Source of the DNA: an uncultured Roseivirgaceae bacterium
GTDB lineage: Bacteria > Bacteroidota > Bacteroidia > Cytophagales > Cyclobacteriaceae
DNA length: 64,000 bases
Direction: 5' to 3'
NCBI GenBank assembly: GCA_964351595.1
Contig: CAYGOT010000001.1
Span: forward strand, 85,847-149,846
The position numbers and the translations under genes are program-made. The notes beneath the pieces are model-generated. The model had not been told where the DNA came from. It worked only from the letters and a program-made list of their open reading frames with translations, and did no database searches. Of this stretch, positions 26,931-36,212 are shown piece by piece (position 1 is the first letter of the stretch; every line of letters starts with the position of its first letter).

Positions 26931-28649
26931 CTAATTATTTGAGACCAAATCCTTACTAATATTACTTGGTATGTCGCAGAAGTCAGAATTCACTCGTTGA
27001 TAAACTCTTACTTCTCTCTCCTTGAATACCAATTCAAAGTCTTCACTCTCGAAGACTTCATTTAAAAACAAATCATACTGAACATCAGAATCCCAAAGGG
27101 AGCCTTTTTGCAACTCACCATGTTCGTCGTACCATATATGCCTTCCTGGAACGCTGCTATTTAGGACGAGCACGTCACTGCTATTAATTTGACTTTTCTC
27201 GAAGAAGTGATGCCTGAATACTTTACGAAATCTATCATGTCTTGGCACGTAGGAGTAATAAGGAACAAGAATCACTGCATCATCATTGCAATGCCGCTCA
27301 ACCAAATTACCTGCAAGTTCCTTGGGACTGTTTTTACCACTAACTGTGATCCATTGAAGTGCTCGCCAGTTGTCACCCCAAAAGTGGTTATATGCTGAGA
27401 GTGCAGAAATCAAAGTGATAACCAGTATCATCGACAACCTGTATTTTTTGAAGAAATCAATCTTTAACGCGATATAATAGGTGTAGAAAATAACTGCAAA
27501 GAACAGCGGAAGTAAAGTAAGCATATGACGCGGATGTCTCTCATTGATGAAAAAAAGGAGAAAACAGGCATTAATACCCATTGTTATAAAAAATGAGAAC
27601 ATGATCAACAAATTATAGCGCGTCTTGATCATTTCATGGACTCTTGATAAGAGAGTATGTCGATTCTGCCATAGATACCAAACCAATATGAGCAATGAAA
27701 ATGGTAATATCCATAAATACCCATTTGTTTCTTTCTCAAACACGGGTAGCCAAAGAAAAGGGTCGGAAGGCGGGACATATCCGTATCCATCAGATGCACC
27801 TATAAACATATTCATCAACTGCCTTAAAGATTCACTTGGTTCTACAACAAATCTCCAAGTGGGGATTATTATAAATAATAACCAAATCAAAAGTAGAGCA
27901 ATGCTATTGCGAAGATATGTCCCTACGGTCTTCTTAAAACTTTGTTCTCTATCGTAATGCAACAGAAAATAACTAGTATATGAAAGTGGTATGAGAATAG
28001 TATAAAACCCACCTATATATTTAGTGCTAGTTGCTAGCCCGATGATCGCAGCGGCAATAAAAATATTTTTCAAGGATCCGGTAATAATCAAATATGCGCT
28101 AATCGTCAATAACGCCAGCTGTACAATATCAGGATGGATGTGATAACCCCAAGTAAATACGCCATGCGTTGAAACGAAAACAACCGCAATTGAAAACGAT
28201 AAAATGATGTTTTTGGTGATTATTATACCCATTCGATATGTAAAATAAAGGACACTTGTCCATGAGATCATTTGCACTATGAAAAGGCTAAGAGCAGCAG
28301 TTGAGAAATTTAGGGGAGCACCTACTTCCATCAATATTTTAGCCATATAAAAGGAAATGAAGTGAAAGAAATTACCGTAGTAGAAGAGGTTTGAGACAGT
28401 CGTGCTATTCTGTTCGAGCATGGTAAGCAACGATTTGGTAATCAGTGGCCCGTCACTCACGAACATTGATGCGAATTCAAATGATTGATATCTATGGGCG
28501 ATCATTTGGACTGTCATCAAACAGTAAATCAGGCCAATTAGGATTGTCAATAGACTGATAAGACTGTTAAGATTCTCAAACTCTATTCCAACAATTTTCT
28601 TTCTCCAAAAATCAATTTCTGCCTTGAACTCCTTGCTAAATATCTCCAT
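26931..28649 (-). CDS. Polytopic membrane protein, GT-C-like (ArnT/PMT-like glycosyltransferase or polymerase)
   Basis: 572 aa. About 12 predicted TM helices are followed by a ~130-aa soluble C-terminal domain. No diagnostic motif could be read by eye. Confidence 0.35.
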   Translation of the reverse strand: MEIFSKEFKAEIDFWRKKIVGIEFENLNSLISLLTILIGLIYCLMTVQMIAHRYQSFEFASMFVSDGPLITKSLLTMLEQNSTTVSNLFYYGNFFHFISFYMAKILMEVGAPLNFSTAALSLFIVQMISWTSVLYFTYRMGIIITKNIILSFSIAVVFVSTHGVFTWGYHIHPDIVQLALLTISAYLIITGSLKNIFIAAAIIGLATSTKYIGGFYTILIPLSYTSYFLLHYDREQSFKKTVGTYLRNSIALLLIWLLFIIIPTWRFVVEPSESLRQLMNMFIGASDGYGYVPPSDPFLWLPVFEKETNGYLWILPFSLLILVWYLWQNRHTLLSRVHEMIKTRYNLLIMFSFFITMGINACFLLFFINERHPRHMLTLLPLFFAVIFYTYYIALKIDFFKKYRLSMILVITLISALSAYNHFWGDNWRALQWITVSGKNSPKELAGNLVERHCNDDAVILVPYYSYVPRHDRFRKVFRHHFFEKSQINSSDVLVLNSSVPGRHIWYDEHGELQKGSLWDSDVQYDLFLNEVFESEDFELVFKEREVRVYQRVNSDFCDIPSNISKDLVSNN

Positions 28650-29260
28650 GCTCTTCTTTTAGTTCTGACTAATATACACACCTGATTACTCTCTCATTCG
28701 CAATAATTAATGGTTTTACACATTAATGCTAATCCGTTGATGTAAAGAGTTCGGGCTCATGGATGAAGTGTCTGTATATAATGGTACAATCCTGCTTCCA
28801 AATTAGTCCTTATCTGAATTAGTGATGGGATTTCATTGACTACTTTGGCTATGATATTGGCACATGCCTAGAGAATGGGTATCCCAGCTGGGTAGCAGGA
28901 TTACATCATCTAATCTGATTAATAGAAGCATAGCTTACTCAACAAAACCTCAAATATCATCATTGATTAATGAATGACGATGGAAATCACCATCACGATG
29001 AGCAATGATCCATTGCAGGTCAAACATTTGAGTAAATCTTTGTCGGCCCGACTAATTAAAATTACGGCAGCCATTTTATATGGGAGTCCCCAAAAATGAG
29101 ACATGAATATTGACAACATAGTCCCTTATCATCATATGAAAGTGCTCAGTCTGCATGATTCAATATTCGATCGAGAATCAATTTAATCTAAAGAAGTGGA
29201 ACAAAAATGTATGCTAGAGTCCTATGAAGTGATACTTTTAAAGTAATAAGTTAGCAGAAC

Positions 29261-30910
29261 ATGAGTCTAAAGCCGATTACTCAGTATACCAAAAGTGGGA
29301 GCATAAATATTGCCTATCAGGTTTTTGGCTCAGGTTCAATGGACTTTGTATATATACCTGGATGGATATCTAATATCGATTTGATGTGGACTTGCCCCGA
29401 ACTGGTTCATTTTCTTCTGGAATTGGGTAAAACCGCCAGAGTTATTCTTTTTGACAAACGAGGTACAGGACTCTCTGATAGAATTGTTGAATTCTCGACC
29501 CTTGAAGAGAGAATGGATGATATCCGTGCCGTGATGGACGCGGTAGAGTCAGATAAGGCCGTACTATTTGGTCATTCAGAGGGTGGTTCGGTTTCTGCGC
29601 TTTTCGCAGCGACCTATCCAGAGCGCACCATATCGCTCATCTCGTTTGGCATCTTTGCCAAGAGAAGGTACTCACCGGAATATCCATGGGCTCCTACTGA
29701 TGTTGAGCGCCAAAGACTCTATGATATGATAGAGCGCAGCTGGGGTAGTGGTGATATGAACCTTGAATCACTGGCCCCTTCCAAAGCCGATGATAAGGTC
29801 TTCATGGAGTGGTTGGCTAGCTATTTCAGATCTGGAGCGAGCCCAAGTGCAGCCTTGGTACTGACTAAGATGAATACGCAAGTAGACATCATTGACATCC
29901 TGGGTTCGATAAAAGTGCCTACATTGATTATGCAGAGGACGCATGACATTGATGTAAAAATAGAAGAGGGAAAGTTCATTGCTGAGCGCATCCGAAATTC
30001 GAAGTTTGTCGAATTCGAAGGGAGGGATCACCTTTTTTGGGCTGGAAATTCAGAAGTGGTATTGCTGGAAATTAAGGAGTTCTTGAAAGAGGTAACTCCA
30101 GATCAAAATCATGAGGAAAAGCTGTTTACGATTGTTGCTGGCAGATTTATGGATGACTCAGCTCAAACAGACGGTGAAAGATTAGTAAAGGAACTTATCG
30201 AAAAGGCGGGAGGTAGTAATATTTTATTCTACGACAATCAGTTTATTTCAACCTTTAGCGGGGCTAGCCGGGCGGTTCATTGTGGGATGGATTTGGTCAA
30301 TTTCATGAAGAGTTTTAGCATTGATATTTCGGTAGTTACCGATATGAGAGTGAGTAACCCCAATAGTGATCAACTCCTAAGCTCCGAAAGCATGGATTTT
30401 ATCGATTTGCTTCTCAACAGTACATTAAACCATCAGACTTTTGTGACTCAAGCTGTGAGATACTTGCTCTCAGGTACGGATATCCAATTCTCAGAATTCG
30501 AACCTGTAGTTTCTGATCACTACAGCACCATTCTATATAAAGTAACCGATCCCTATGGTGAGCCTACAGACTACAGTGGGCCCTTGGTTTTAAGAAGGGA
30601 TTTATTTCTGGAGGGCATATTGCAAGTCATAGAGGCAAACTACGATAACGAAGATTTCAATGTAGATATGCTGTGCAAAGAGGTTGGCATCAGTGAAAGA
30701 CATTTGCAAAGAAAAATCAAGGCAGTCACCAACAAATCTCCCAACCAGCTTATTTCCAGCGTTCGTTTGCACAAAGCAAAAAAACTACTTAGTCAAAGCA
30801 CCAATAATATCTCCCAAGTGGCTTATATGACCGGTTTCAACAACCCCTCCTATTTTGCTAAGTGTTTTAAGCGAGAGTTTGGCAAGAGCCCCTCAAAGCT
30901 GATAGCTTAG
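29261..30910 (+). CDS. One-component regulator with an N-terminal alpha/beta-hydrolase domain, an unknown middle domain and a C-terminal AraC-type HTH
   Basis: 549 aa. The hydrolase part has FVYIPGW...FDKRGTGLSD...LFGHSEGG (G-x-S-x-G elbow)...GRDHLFW. The C-terminus is VGISERHLQRKIKAVTNKSPNQLISSVRLHKAKKLL...ISQVAYMTGFNNPSYFAKCFKREFGKSPS. Confidence 0.7.
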   Translation: MSLKPITQYTKSGSINIAYQVFGSGSMDFVYIPGWISNIDLMWTCPELVHFLLELGKTARVILFDKRGTGLSDRIVEFSTLEERMDDIRAVMDAVESDKAVLFGHSEGGSVSALFAATYPERTISLISFGIFAKRRYSPEYPWAPTDVERQRLYDMIERSWGSGDMNLESLAPSKADDKVFMEWLASYFRSGASPSAALVLTKMNTQVDIIDILGSIKVPTLIMQRTHDIDVKIEEGKFIAERIRNSKFVEFEGRDHLFWAGNSEVVLLEIKEFLKEVTPDQNHEEKLFTIVAGRFMDDSAQTDGERLVKELIEKAGGSNILFYDNQFISTFSGASRAVHCGMDLVNFMKSFSIDISVVTDMRVSNPNSDQLLSSESMDFIDLLLNSTLNHQTFVTQAVRYLLSGTDIQFSEFEPVVSDHYSTILYKVTDPYGEPTDYSGPLVLRRDLFLEGILQVIEANYDNEDFNVDMLCKEVGISERHLQRKIKAVTNKSPNQLISSVRLHKAKKLLSQSTNNISQVAYMTGFNNPSYFAKCFKREFGKSPSKLIA

Positions 30911-30925
30911 TTTCATAACCAAAAC

Positions 30926-30996
30926 GTACTTGACGGTTTAGTACTTGATATTGGCGGATTTGTACTAATCGGGACTACAGTCATAGTCTAGTTTTG
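30926..30996 (+). promoter_or_regulatory. Direct repeats (GTACTTGA x2, GTACTAAT) plus a TAGTTTTG -7-like box upstream of the lipoprotein/YceI/DUF5777 genes
   Basis: The repeats are at 30926-30933, 30941-30948 and 30962-30969. TAGTTTTG at 30989-30996 fits TAnnTTTG and lies 24 nt before the ATG at 31020. Confidence 0.35.
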
Positions 30997-31019
30997 TATT
31001 ACGTCTAACTAGATATTTT

Positions 31020-31805
31020 ATGAAAAGTACATGCATCCATAAGCTGATGCTGATCGGGGCTTTTTTCTTTGTCTCCGCATGCATATCTGAACAAGTAGAA
31101 CCAAAATTTGAATGCCCTACCATTCAGGTATTTACCGACCAATTAGAAAACACCCAATGCGGTGCTGATAATGGTTCGTTTCTTCTCTCCGCCAATGGAG
31201 GCCAAGCACCTTACACTTTTGAGGCGAGCTTTGAGACCAACACCACAGGGTTATTTGCGGGCGTACCGGCGGGTACTTATTCCATTACGATCACAGACTC
31301 CAACGATTGTACACAGGACGTGGATGTAACAGTATTGAATGAAGATGGGGTTGCCATCAACGAGATAGTGGTCACTGGATCAGGCTGTGGTACAAGCGAG
31401 GGAAGCCTCCAGGTTATAGCTTCGGGTGGTAGTGAGCCTTATACGTTTTCCTTAGATAACGGTACCCCTCAGTTAAGCGGAATCTTTACAGATCTTGGTA
31501 TCGCTGAATATGCGGTGACAGCTACAGATGCCTCAGGATGCGAAACAACTCAAAATGTTGAGGTGCTATCTGGAGTCACCTATTCAGGTGCTGTTCAAAA
31601 CATCGTGGAAACGAATTGTGCAATTTCGGGATGTCACAACGGAAGCCAGGCACCAGATCTAAGGACACTTACCCAGATACAGTCTAGTGCCACCAGAATC
31701 AAAATCCGAACTTCAGATGGATCTATGCCCAGAGGTAGAACACTGACCCAGACACAAATCGATCAAATCGCCTGCTGGGTAGATGACGGGGCGCTGGATA
31801 ATTAA
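31020..31805 (+). CDS. Lipoprotein with SprB-type repeats and a C-terminal cytochrome-c-like C-x4-CH motif domain
   Basis: 261 aa. It has a lipobox FFFVSAC. Its repeats are CGADNGSFLLSANGGQAPYTF and CGTSEGSLQVIASGGSEPYTFSL. The C-terminal motif is NCAISGCHNGSQAPDL. Confidence 0.55.
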   Translation: MKSTCIHKLMLIGAFFFVSACISEQVEPKFECPTIQVFTDQLENTQCGADNGSFLLSANGGQAPYTFEASFETNTTGLFAGVPAGTYSITITDSNDCTQDVDVTVLNEDGVAINEIVVTGSGCGTSEGSLQVIASGGSEPYTFSLDNGTPQLSGIFTDLGIAEYAVTATDASGCETTQNVEVLSGVTYSGAVQNIVETNCAISGCHNGSQAPDLRTLTQIQSSATRIKIRTSDGSMPRGRTLTQTQIDQIACWVDDGALDN

Positions 31806-31839
31806 TTGGAGACGAAACCATAACAAACCATAAAAAGTC

Positions 31840-32391
31840 ATGAGATTGCCAATCATTTTATTAACCATAGCAGTCGCGATTTCGAAGATTGCGGTAGCTC
31901 AAAATGCGCTAATCGATAAAGAAGGTATTGCGCATTTCTTTTCTGAAGCACCACTCGAAAACATAGAGGCAACCAATAAAAAAGCTTTAGGGGCAATTGA
32001 CCTAGACAAAGGTACTGTGGCTGTATCGATGCAGATGAAGGATTTCCATTTTGACAAGAGTTTAATGGAAGAGCACTTCAACGAAAACTATATTGAATCA
32101 GAAAAGTATCCAAAGGCGTCATTCAAAGGAAAAATCCTTGATTTTTCATCTCTCGATTTCACCCAACCAGGAGAGTTTATCGCCAAAGCTGAGGGAGAAT
32201 TGCAAATTCACGGTGTGAGTCGACCGCTGACCAGTGATGTGGAGTTCCGCGTGACGGATGACAATATAGAGGTCAGTACATTCTTTCAAGTGGCCCTGGA
32301 AGATCACAAAATCAAGATTCCGAAAATAGTCATTAAGAATATCGCCGAAGTGGTAGACGTAGATACCAAATTCAACTTCATCAAGAAATGA
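31840..32391 (+). CDS. YceI-family (polyisoprenoid-binding-like) periplasmic protein
   Basis: 183 aa with a signal peptide. The layout A.G.IDL..G...V.M....F...........HF...Y.ES.KYPKASFKG...G.L.IHGVSRPL is typical of the YceI family. Confidence 0.75.
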   Translation: MRLPIILLTIAVAISKIAVAQNALIDKEGIAHFFSEAPLENIEATNKKALGAIDLDKGTVAVSMQMKDFHFDKSLMEEHFNENYIESEKYPKASFKGKILDFSSLDFTQPGEFIAKAEGELQIHGVSRPLTSDVEFRVTDDNIEVSTFFQVALEDHKIKIPKIVIKNIAEVVDVDTKFNFIKK

Positions 32392-33251
32392 AAAGATTTA
32401 CGATAGCTGTTTGCTTGCTATTTGGTGCTGCGCAAGCTTTTGCACAAGATGACCTGCTAAGTCTGCTGGAAGAAGAGCAGGGAGAAGAGCGCACCCTGAT
32501 TGAAGCCACATTCAAAGGGACAAGGATAATCAATGGGCATTCTATTGAAACTCGAAATGCAGGGGTGATGGATTTCATCATCTCTCACCGATTTGGAACG
32601 ATTGATGGAGGTGCTTATGAACTATTTGGACTGGACAATGCGACCGTCCGCCTAGGTCTGGAGTACGCTATTTCTGATCGTCTATACCTGGGGATAGGTA
32701 GGAGCTCCTTCGAAAAGACCTATGACGGATTTGTTAAGTATAGACTGCTACGTCAAATGAGTGGTGGCGGCATGCCGTTTTCAGCAACCTTGTTCGGTTC
32801 GGCATCTCTAAAGAACCTAAGGCAACCTGAAATTGATCCGACTTTTGAGGAGAAAATGGCTTATACGACACAACTGTTGCTAGCGCGAAAATTCAGTCCG
32901 AGTCTGTCTCTGCAACTAATGCCGACTTGGGTACATAAGAACTTGATTCTCGAAGATGATATTAACAATGATGCTTTTGCCTTAGGCGTGGGAGGGCGGA
33001 TAAAGCTTTCTCAGCGCGTAGCGCTGGTGATGGAGTATTATTATCAATTCCAGAAGATAACGGAAGACTCATTCAACGCTATCGCAATAGGGTTTGACAT
33101 TGAGACCGGAGGTCATGTTTTTCAACTTCAGTTCACCAATTCTACCTCGATGGTTCCCAAGGGATTTATCACCGAGACGCGAAATGACTTTTTCGACGCG
33201 GGCATTCATTTTGGGTTCAACATTTCCCGGACATTCCAGCTCAAGGAATAG
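32388..33251 (+). CDS. DUF5777-like outer-membrane beta-barrel protein
   Basis: 287 aa with a signal peptide. It contains FKGTRIINGHSIET...MDFIISHRFG...LGLEYAISDRL...GHVFQLQFTNS. It overlaps the YceI gene by 4 nt. Confidence 0.55.
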   Translation: MKRFTIAVCLLFGAAQAFAQDDLLSLLEEEQGEERTLIEATFKGTRIINGHSIETRNAGVMDFIISHRFGTIDGGAYELFGLDNATVRLGLEYAISDRLYLGIGRSSFEKTYDGFVKYRLLRQMSGGGMPFSATLFGSASLKNLRQPEIDPTFEEKMAYTTQLLLARKFSPSLSLQLMPTWVHKNLILEDDINNDAFALGVGGRIKLSQRVALVMEYYYQFQKITEDSFNAIAIGFDIETGGHVFQLQFTNSTSMVPKGFITETRNDFFDAGIHFGFNISRTFQLKE

Positions 33252-33450
33252 GGGTTGAAAGTCAGAGTTCTTAATCCATATTGAGAAATAAAAATGAGAT
33301 TAAAAAGTTGTAGATTTTCGTCTCCATCTCTTGTGGTACCTCTGGTGTAATTTGAATTAGTCAAATAATAAATACACGGTGTTCTTTATTTCAATTACTG
33401 CAATCAATACCTTGGCTTAGGATACTTGTGACCGCATAAAATATGCCGCT

Positions 33451-35040
33451 TTGGTAAATACCACGACGATTGAGGTAAGAAGAGACTACCTGTCAATAAG
33501 TTTTGTAGCTATTGCAATACTTATATCCTATTACTGCTTCAAATCGATTAGCCACCCCATTCATGATTTTGCCAACTACTACTTTGCCGGCAAGTTTTTT
33601 GTGGAAGGAAGTTTTGATCAGACAATTTATGATCCGACTACATTCAATTTGAAATTGTCGGAGCAAGGCTACCAAGGGTTTTTTGTCAATTTTTCTCCAA
33701 ACTCACCCTTCATAGCTCTGTTCTTCTTTCCACTGGCGAGCTTGGATATTCAATTAGCAAAGCTGCTTTTTAACTTCTTAAACGGTTTTTTCTTCCTTTT
33801 CTCCTTTGTGAGAATAGTAAGGTTATTGAAGATTCAAAACGAAGTTTCTCTTTTGCTCATCCCCTTCATTTGCTTCATCCCTATTCGTAACGGGATACTA
33901 TTCGGTCAATTCTACATGCTCTTATTTTCCATGATTATCGAGGGATACATTCTCTATAAAAAGGGCAAAATTGCACCTGCAATGCTACTATGGGTGATTT
34001 CAGCATCACTTAAAATTACCCCAGGGATAGTCTTGTTTTACCTGCTTGGTAGACGAGATTATAGAGCCATAGGTATTTTCTGTATCTGGGGTGCGGTCAG
34101 CCTATGTCTGACAGGCCTGTTACTGGACTTTGACATATTCAGGTTTTACGTTGAGCAGATTTCTCCCAAGGTTTCCGCTGGTGAAATTGTCTCAGCTGGC
34201 TTTTTAGCCAACCAGTCTCCATTGATGTTCTTTAAACATCTATTCATAGCAGACTCATCCGAAAACCCATCTCCATTCATAGAGAGTGGCATATTATTCG
34301 CTTTTTTTATGGCAGCTACATTTATTGTGGCCTTCTACTGCACTTTTTATAGCTCGGGCAAGTGCAAAGGCGATGAGGATTTTAAAATGCTTGGATTATG
34401 GTTATTACTGATTTTTCTGATAAGTCCATACGGCAGTAGTTATTCCAGAATACTTTTGGTTATTGTGTATTTTTCAATCGTTCAAAACGAAAGCCTACTG
34501 AAGCAAATTGCTGTTGGTTTGCTGCTGCTGGGAATTACGAATTTCCCGGCTCTGGACCTACCTCATTGGCCATTGGTATTGAGGTTTGCGGGGCTTTTCG
34601 CGACCATTGCGGTCTTTCTTTTAGTCACACCAGTGAAGGTGATACGAGCGAATCACCTTATTCCATTGACCCTATTGTTGACCACATTTATTTATTACTT
34701 CTACAGGATACCCAAAGAGAGGCAGACCGCCAGTGACTATCTCATGCTGGAAAATCCATCACTGATTGTGGACTATGAAGTGCAAGATGGTGCCATTAGA
34801 TATAATTACTGGCATGGTGAGATGCATGAAGGTACAGTTGCCTTATCAGGAAAGAGATATGATAGCTCGCAAGTAAGCATCATAGGCGATGGGCTGTACC
34901 TCCGTGGTGAGCAGTTAATCAAGTCGTCGGATAACAAGAAGAGACCATTACTGGTGGATAATGACAAAGTCGTGTATCTATCTGATTGGGGTCGGGGGTA
35001 TGGTTTTTATACGTTTCGAATCATTCGACTCGACAAATGA
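33451..35040 (+). CDS. Polytopic membrane glycosyltransferase-like protein (DUF2029/GT87-like, GT-C fold)
   Basis: 529 aa with a TTG start. It has HDFANYYFAG in the first loop (the D..Y motif of DUF2029) and about 12 TM helices. A soluble C-terminal ~100 aa follows. Confidence 0.5.
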   Translation: MVNTTTIEVRRDYLSISFVAIAILISYYCFKSISHPIHDFANYYFAGKFFVEGSFDQTIYDPTTFNLKLSEQGYQGFFVNFSPNSPFIALFFFPLASLDIQLAKLLFNFLNGFFFLFSFVRIVRLLKIQNEVSLLLIPFICFIPIRNGILFGQFYMLLFSMIIEGYILYKKGKIAPAMLLWVISASLKITPGIVLFYLLGRRDYRAIGIFCIWGAVSLCLTGLLLDFDIFRFYVEQISPKVSAGEIVSAGFLANQSPLMFFKHLFIADSSENPSPFIESGILFAFFMAATFIVAFYCTFYSSGKCKGDEDFKMLGLWLLLIFLISPYGSSYSRILLVIVYFSIVQNESLLKQIAVGLLLLGITNFPALDLPHWPLVLRFAGLFATIAVFLLVTPVKVIRANHLIPLTLLLTTFIYYFYRIPKERQTASDYLMLENPSLIVDYEVQDGAIRYNYWHGEMHEGTVALSGKRYDSSQVSIIGDGLYLRGEQLIKSSDNKKRPLLVDNDKVVYLSDWGRGYGFYTFRIIRLDK

Positions 35041-36212
35041 GTTGGAATATTGAAAAGATCTCAAGAAGGCTTGCCAGTTCAGTAAGCTATGGTGCTTCGC
35101 AGCTGGCACCACGTTTTTTTACACTTGTGATCTCATGGATATTGATTCGCAGTTATTCCTCGGAACTTTGGGGCGAGTATGTCGAGGTTTTCCTGATTGT
35201 GAACCTTGCAGCAATGGTGCTCAGCTTCGGCAATTTTCAATATCTGCTCAAAGAGTTTAGCACGCACCCTGGAAATATCTACCAGGTATGGTCAAGATGC
35301 TTAACGACAAGGCTGCTACTTATAGTCCCAATGAGTCTGCTGGCGAAAGCATTTTACTTCAGTGATCTGCCAGTTTCATACCTGATAGTTTGGCTCATTG
35401 TCGTATTTGTCAATCAAAGTTTTCAAGTGCTGATCGTATTCAACAAGGATTTTAAGAAGGCACTTTATGTCGAACTCCTGTCAGGAACAGTTTTGGTGAT
35501 TGCGGTACTATCGCATAGCGGCCCTCTTTCGCTTGAACTATTTATTCAGGTCGTTATTTTGTCGTTGCTCGCTAAGATGCTCTTATACGTTGTGACTTTT
35601 TGGCATGCGGTTTTAAGTTTTCAAGTGAGGGTAGACTTGAAAGTTTTTAAGGAGGCACTACCGTTTGCTCTTTTGAGCTTTATGGGTACGGTGAGGGCTC
35701 AATCAGATATCTACATGGTCGCCCTGTTTTTGGATAGTTCCAGTGTTGGCCAATACCATGTGTTGATTACGGTAGTTACTCTCGTGGAGTCAGGTGCAGC
35801 ATACATCTTTAATCCATCGGCCAGGTTGCTTTACAGAACGCGAGATGCAACTTTGCAATCTTTGAAGAGATCTGCATGGGTCGTGGGTATCCCTTTCGCT
35901 TTTTTGAGCTGCCTGGGATCTTACATGGTTCTTATCACTTTCTATTCCCTCCATTTTCCGACTTGGTTTTACCTGGCTATTTTGGTTTTCTCATTCCCAC
36001 AACTGTTCAAGATGATTGTAGTAAATGAGTTTTATAAATTAAATGGACAGAAAGCTTTAGCCCTATTAGCCTTCATTTTTGTTTGTATTCAGGGAGTTCT
36101 TGGTTATTCTCTAATCCCTAGCAGCGGTATCCAGGCGGCTATTGCGCTGAGGGTCGGAGCTTTTTTGATTCATTTGTTGACGCTTCAGTTTTTTTTAAGA
36201 TACTATCGTTGA
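35037..36212 (+). CDS. Wzx-type oligosaccharide flippase (MOP superfamily polysaccharide biosynthesis protein)
   Basis: The track ORF 34986..36212 is trimmed to the ATG at 35037, which overlaps the upstream TGA (ATGA). The product starts MSWNIEKISRRLASSVSYGASQLAPRFFTLV and has ~10-12 TM helices, matching the Wzx N-terminal pattern. Confidence 0.6.
   Translation: MSWNIEKISRRLASSVSYGASQLAPRFFTLVISWILIRSYSSELWGEYVEVFLIVNLAAMVLSFGNFQYLLKEFSTHPGNIYQVWSRCLTTRLLLIVPMSLLAKAFYFSDLPVSYLIVWLIVVFVNQSFQVLIVFNKDFKKALYVELLSGTVLVIAVLSHSGPLSLELFIQVVILSLLAKMLLYVVTFWHAVLSFQVRVDLKVFKEALPFALLSFMGTVRAQSDIYMVALFLDSSSVGQYHVLITVVTLVESGAAYIFNPSARLLYRTRDATLQSLKRSAWVVGIPFAFLSCLGSYMVLITFYSLHFPTWFYLAILVFSFPQLFKMIVVNEFYKLNGQKALALLAFIFVCIQGVLGYSLIPSSGIQAAIALRVGAFLIHLLTLQFFLRYYR

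Noticed and set aside
9625-29260. Interpretation of the glycan island as a classical integrative element or genomic island at tRNA-Arg
   Set aside because: - I found no integrase, excisionase, transfer or phage genes.
- I could find by eye no direct repeat of the tRNA-Arg 3' end at the right-hand border.
- Only the composition shift and tRNA adjacency remain, so this is reported as a candidate acquired locus and not as a mobile element.
34986-35036. The upstream extension of the flippase ORF given in the track (and, likewise, 40354-40404 for the NPPY methyltransferase and 49220-49258 for the ALDH)
   Set aside because: In each case an internal ATG produces an ATGA or near-abutting junction with the preceding gene. 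It also removes an N-terminal extension that overlaps the upstream coding region.
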